64,000 bases of DNA from Macrostomum hystrix (taxonomy: Eukaryota > Animalia > Platyhelminthes). The notes beneath the pieces were generated by a model that made no database searches, had not been told where the DNA came from, and saw nothing but the letters and a program-made list of their open reading frames with translations. The translations under genes were made by a program, and so were the position numbers. Positions 61,101-64,000 of the stretch are shown piece by piece (positions within the stretch are counted from its first letter, which is position 1; each line of letters begins with the position of its first letter). The stretch is from positions 12,772,001 through 12,836,000 of the forward strand of contig CATNEN010000003.1 of assembly GCA_950097015.1 (NCBI GenBank), written 5' to 3'.

Positions 61101-63695
61101 ACAACACTTCCATTTTATATCCTGCAGTCACGTCGTTTGAGACACAACAATTCCATTTTATATCCTGCAGTCACGTCGTTTGAGACACAACAATTCCATT
61201 TTATATCCTGAAGTCACGTCGTTTGAGACACAACACTTCCATTTTATATCCTGCAGTCACGTCGTTTGAGACACAACACATCCATTTTATATCCTGAAGT
61301 CACGTCGTTTGAGACACAACACTTCCATTTTATATCCTGCAGTCACGTCGTTTGAGACACAACAATTCCATTTTATATCCTGCAGTCACGTCGTTTGAGA
61401 CACAACAATTCCATTTTATATCCTGCAGTCACGTCGTTTGAGACACAACACTTCCATTTTATATCCTGAAGTCACGTCGTTTGAGACACAACAATTCCAT
61501 TTTATATCCTGCAGTCACGTCGTTTGAGACTCAACACTTCCATTTTATATCCTGAAGTCACGTCGTTTGAGACACAACAATTCCATTTTATATCCTGCAG
61601 TCACGTCGTTTGAGACACAACACATCCATTTTATATCCTGAAGTCACATAGTTTGAGACACAACACTTCCATTTTATATCCTGCAGTCACGTCGTTTGAG
61701 ACACAACACATCCATTTTATATCCTGAAGTCACATAGTTTGAGACACAACACTTCCATTTTATATCCTGCAGTCACGTCTTTCGAGACACAACACTTCCA
61801 TTTTATATCCTGCAGTCACGTCGTTTGAGACACAACACTTCCATTTTATATCCTGCAGTCACGTCTTTCGAGACACAACACTTCCATTTTATATCCTGCA
61901 GTCACGTCGTTTGAGACACAACACTTCCATTTTATATCCTGAAGTCACGTCGTTTGAGACACAACACATCCATTTTATATCCTGCAGTCACGTCGTTTGA
62001 GACACAACACTTCCATTTTATATCCTGCAGTCACGTCGTTTGAGACACAACAATTCCATTTTATATCCTGAAGTCACGTCGTTTGAGACTCAACACATCC
62101 ATTTTATATCCTGCAGTCACGTCGTTTGAGACACAACAAATCCAATTTATATCCTGCAGTCACGTCGTTTGAGACACAACACATCCATTTTATATCCTGA
62201 AGTCACGTCGTTTGAGACACAACACATCCATTTTATATCCTGCAGTCACGTCGTTTGAGACACAACACTTCCATTTTATATCCTGAAGTCACGTCGTTTG
62301 AGACACAACACTTCCATTTTATATCCTGAAGTCACGTCGTTTGAGACACAACACTTCCATTTTATATCCTGAAGTCACGTCGTTTGAGACACAACACTTC
62401 CATTTTATATCCTGAAGTCACGTCGTTTGAGACACAACACATCCATTTTATATCCTGAAGTCACGTCGTTTGAGACACAACACTTCCATTTTATATCCTG
62501 CAGTCACGTCGTTTGAGACACAACACTTCCATTTTATATCCTGAAGTCACGTCGTTTGAGACACAACACATCCATTTTATATCCTGAAGTCACGTCGTTT
62601 GAGACACAACACTTCCATTTTATATCCTGCAGTCACGTCGTTTGAGACACAACACTTCCATTTTATATCCTGCAGTCACGTCGTTTGAGACACAACACTT
62701 CCATTTTATATCCTGCAGTCACGTCGTTTGAGACACAACACTTCCATTTTATATCCTGCAGTCACGTCGTTTGAGACACAACACTTCCATTTTATATCCT
62801 GAAGTCACATAGTTTGAGACACAACACTTCCATTTTATATCCTGAAGTCACGTCGTTTGAGACACAACAATTCCATTTTATATCCTGCAGTCACGTCGTT
62901 TGAGACACAACACATCCATTTTATATCCTGAAGTCACGTCTTTCGAGACACAACACTTCCATTTTATATCCTGAAGTCACGTCTTTCGAGACACAACACT
63001 TCCATTTTATATCCTGAAGTCACGTCGTTTGAGACTCAACACATCCATTTTATATCCTGAAGTCACGTCGTTTGAGACACAACACTTCCATTTTATATCC
63101 TGAAGTCACGTCGTTTGAGACACGAAACTTCCATTTTATATCCTGAAGTCACGTCGTTTGAGACTCAACACATCCATTTTATATCCTGAAGTCACGTCGT
63201 TTGAGACTCAACACATCCATTTTATATCCTGAAGTCACGTCGTTTGAGACACAACACTTCCATTTTATATCCTGAAGTCACGTCGTTTGAGACTCAACAC
63301 ATCCATTTTATATCCTGAAGTCACGTCGTTTGAGACACAACACTTCCATTTTATATCCTGAAGTCACGTCGTTTGAGACTCAACACATCCATTTTATATC
63401 CTGAAGTCACGTCGTTTGAGACACAACAATTCCATTTTATTTCCTGCAGTCACGTCGTTTGAGACACAACACATCCATTTTATATCCTGAAGTCACGTCG
63501 TTTGAGACTCAACACTTCCATTTTATATCCTGCAGTCACGTCGTTTGAGACACAACACTACCATTTTATATCCTGAAGTCACGTCGTTTGAGACTCAACA
63601 CATCCATTTTATATCCTGAAGTCACGTCGTTTGAGACACGAAACTTCCATTTTAATATCCTGAAGTAACTTCGTTTGAGGACACATCCATTTTAA
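55190..63695. repeat. 43-bp satellite (ttgagacacaacacttccattttatatcctgaagtcacgtcgt), about 8.5 kb and 195-200 copies, inside CPEB intron 3
   Basis: Period of 43 checked directly (cttccat at 55861 and 55904). Units differ at only a few fixed positions. Confidence 0.99.
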
Positions 63696-64000
63696 CACTA
63701 GAAGACAAACACTAATATTATTTGAAGTCCTTAAAACAAGACAAAATATTTTTAAGTCGTCAAAAATAATATCTCGATAGTAAGACTGACTGCTACTTTT
63801 CTGGCAATGTTTCGTAAAGTCCCGATGCTTAATTTTTTTTTAAAGATAATATACGAGGGATATACGTTTTTCTGTGAGGTTATGCATTCTGAGTGCACCA
63901 AAATTGCGTGATCAAAAATGTAATTAACAAAAATATTTCGTGTTAGTGTCATTTTAAAGATTTTAAAGATTTGACCTAAATTATTTAATCTTGTTCGCTT

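Noticed and set aside
55190-63695. CRISPR-like array
   Set aside because: Head-to-tail repeats with no unique spacers, no cas genes, and a eukaryotic context.

Overview
Animal (metazoan) genomic DNA with spliceosomal introns and a very high minisatellite content. CAG/polyQ-rich genes and a different tandem repeat in most introns suggest a free-living flatworm such as Macrostomum, but this is inference only. Most long ORFs in the supplied track are repeat artefacts. Genes assembled by hand from splice sites and reading-frame phase are: a candidate BH3-only protein (+, 3531-7473), an orphan Q/P-rich protein with a PDZ-type C-terminus (+, 13072-14250), SERINC (-, 5 exons), a PP1 glycogen-targeting subunit with RVxF and CBM21 (-, 3 exons), a secreted phospholipase B1-like GDSL hydrolase (+, 9 exons, one GC-AG intron), a divergent RPS18 (+), a GPI-type alpha-carbonic anhydrase (+, 3 exons), UFC1 (-, 2 exons), and the 5' part of a polyQ CPEB2/Orb2-type gene (+) whose third coding intron holds an 8.5-kb array of a 43-bp satellite. 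Mobile elements are an intact DD34D mariner nested in a SINE inside a PLB1 intron, three tRNA-derived SINE families (one a CORE-SINE), and hAT-type MITEs carrying an internal minisatellite. No prokaryote-style system such as CRISPR is present. The most interesting leads are the BH3-only candidate, the intact mariner, phospho-FFAT-like motifs on the PP1 subunit, the divergent RPS18, and minisatellites that multiply transcription-factor motifs or share a common core.
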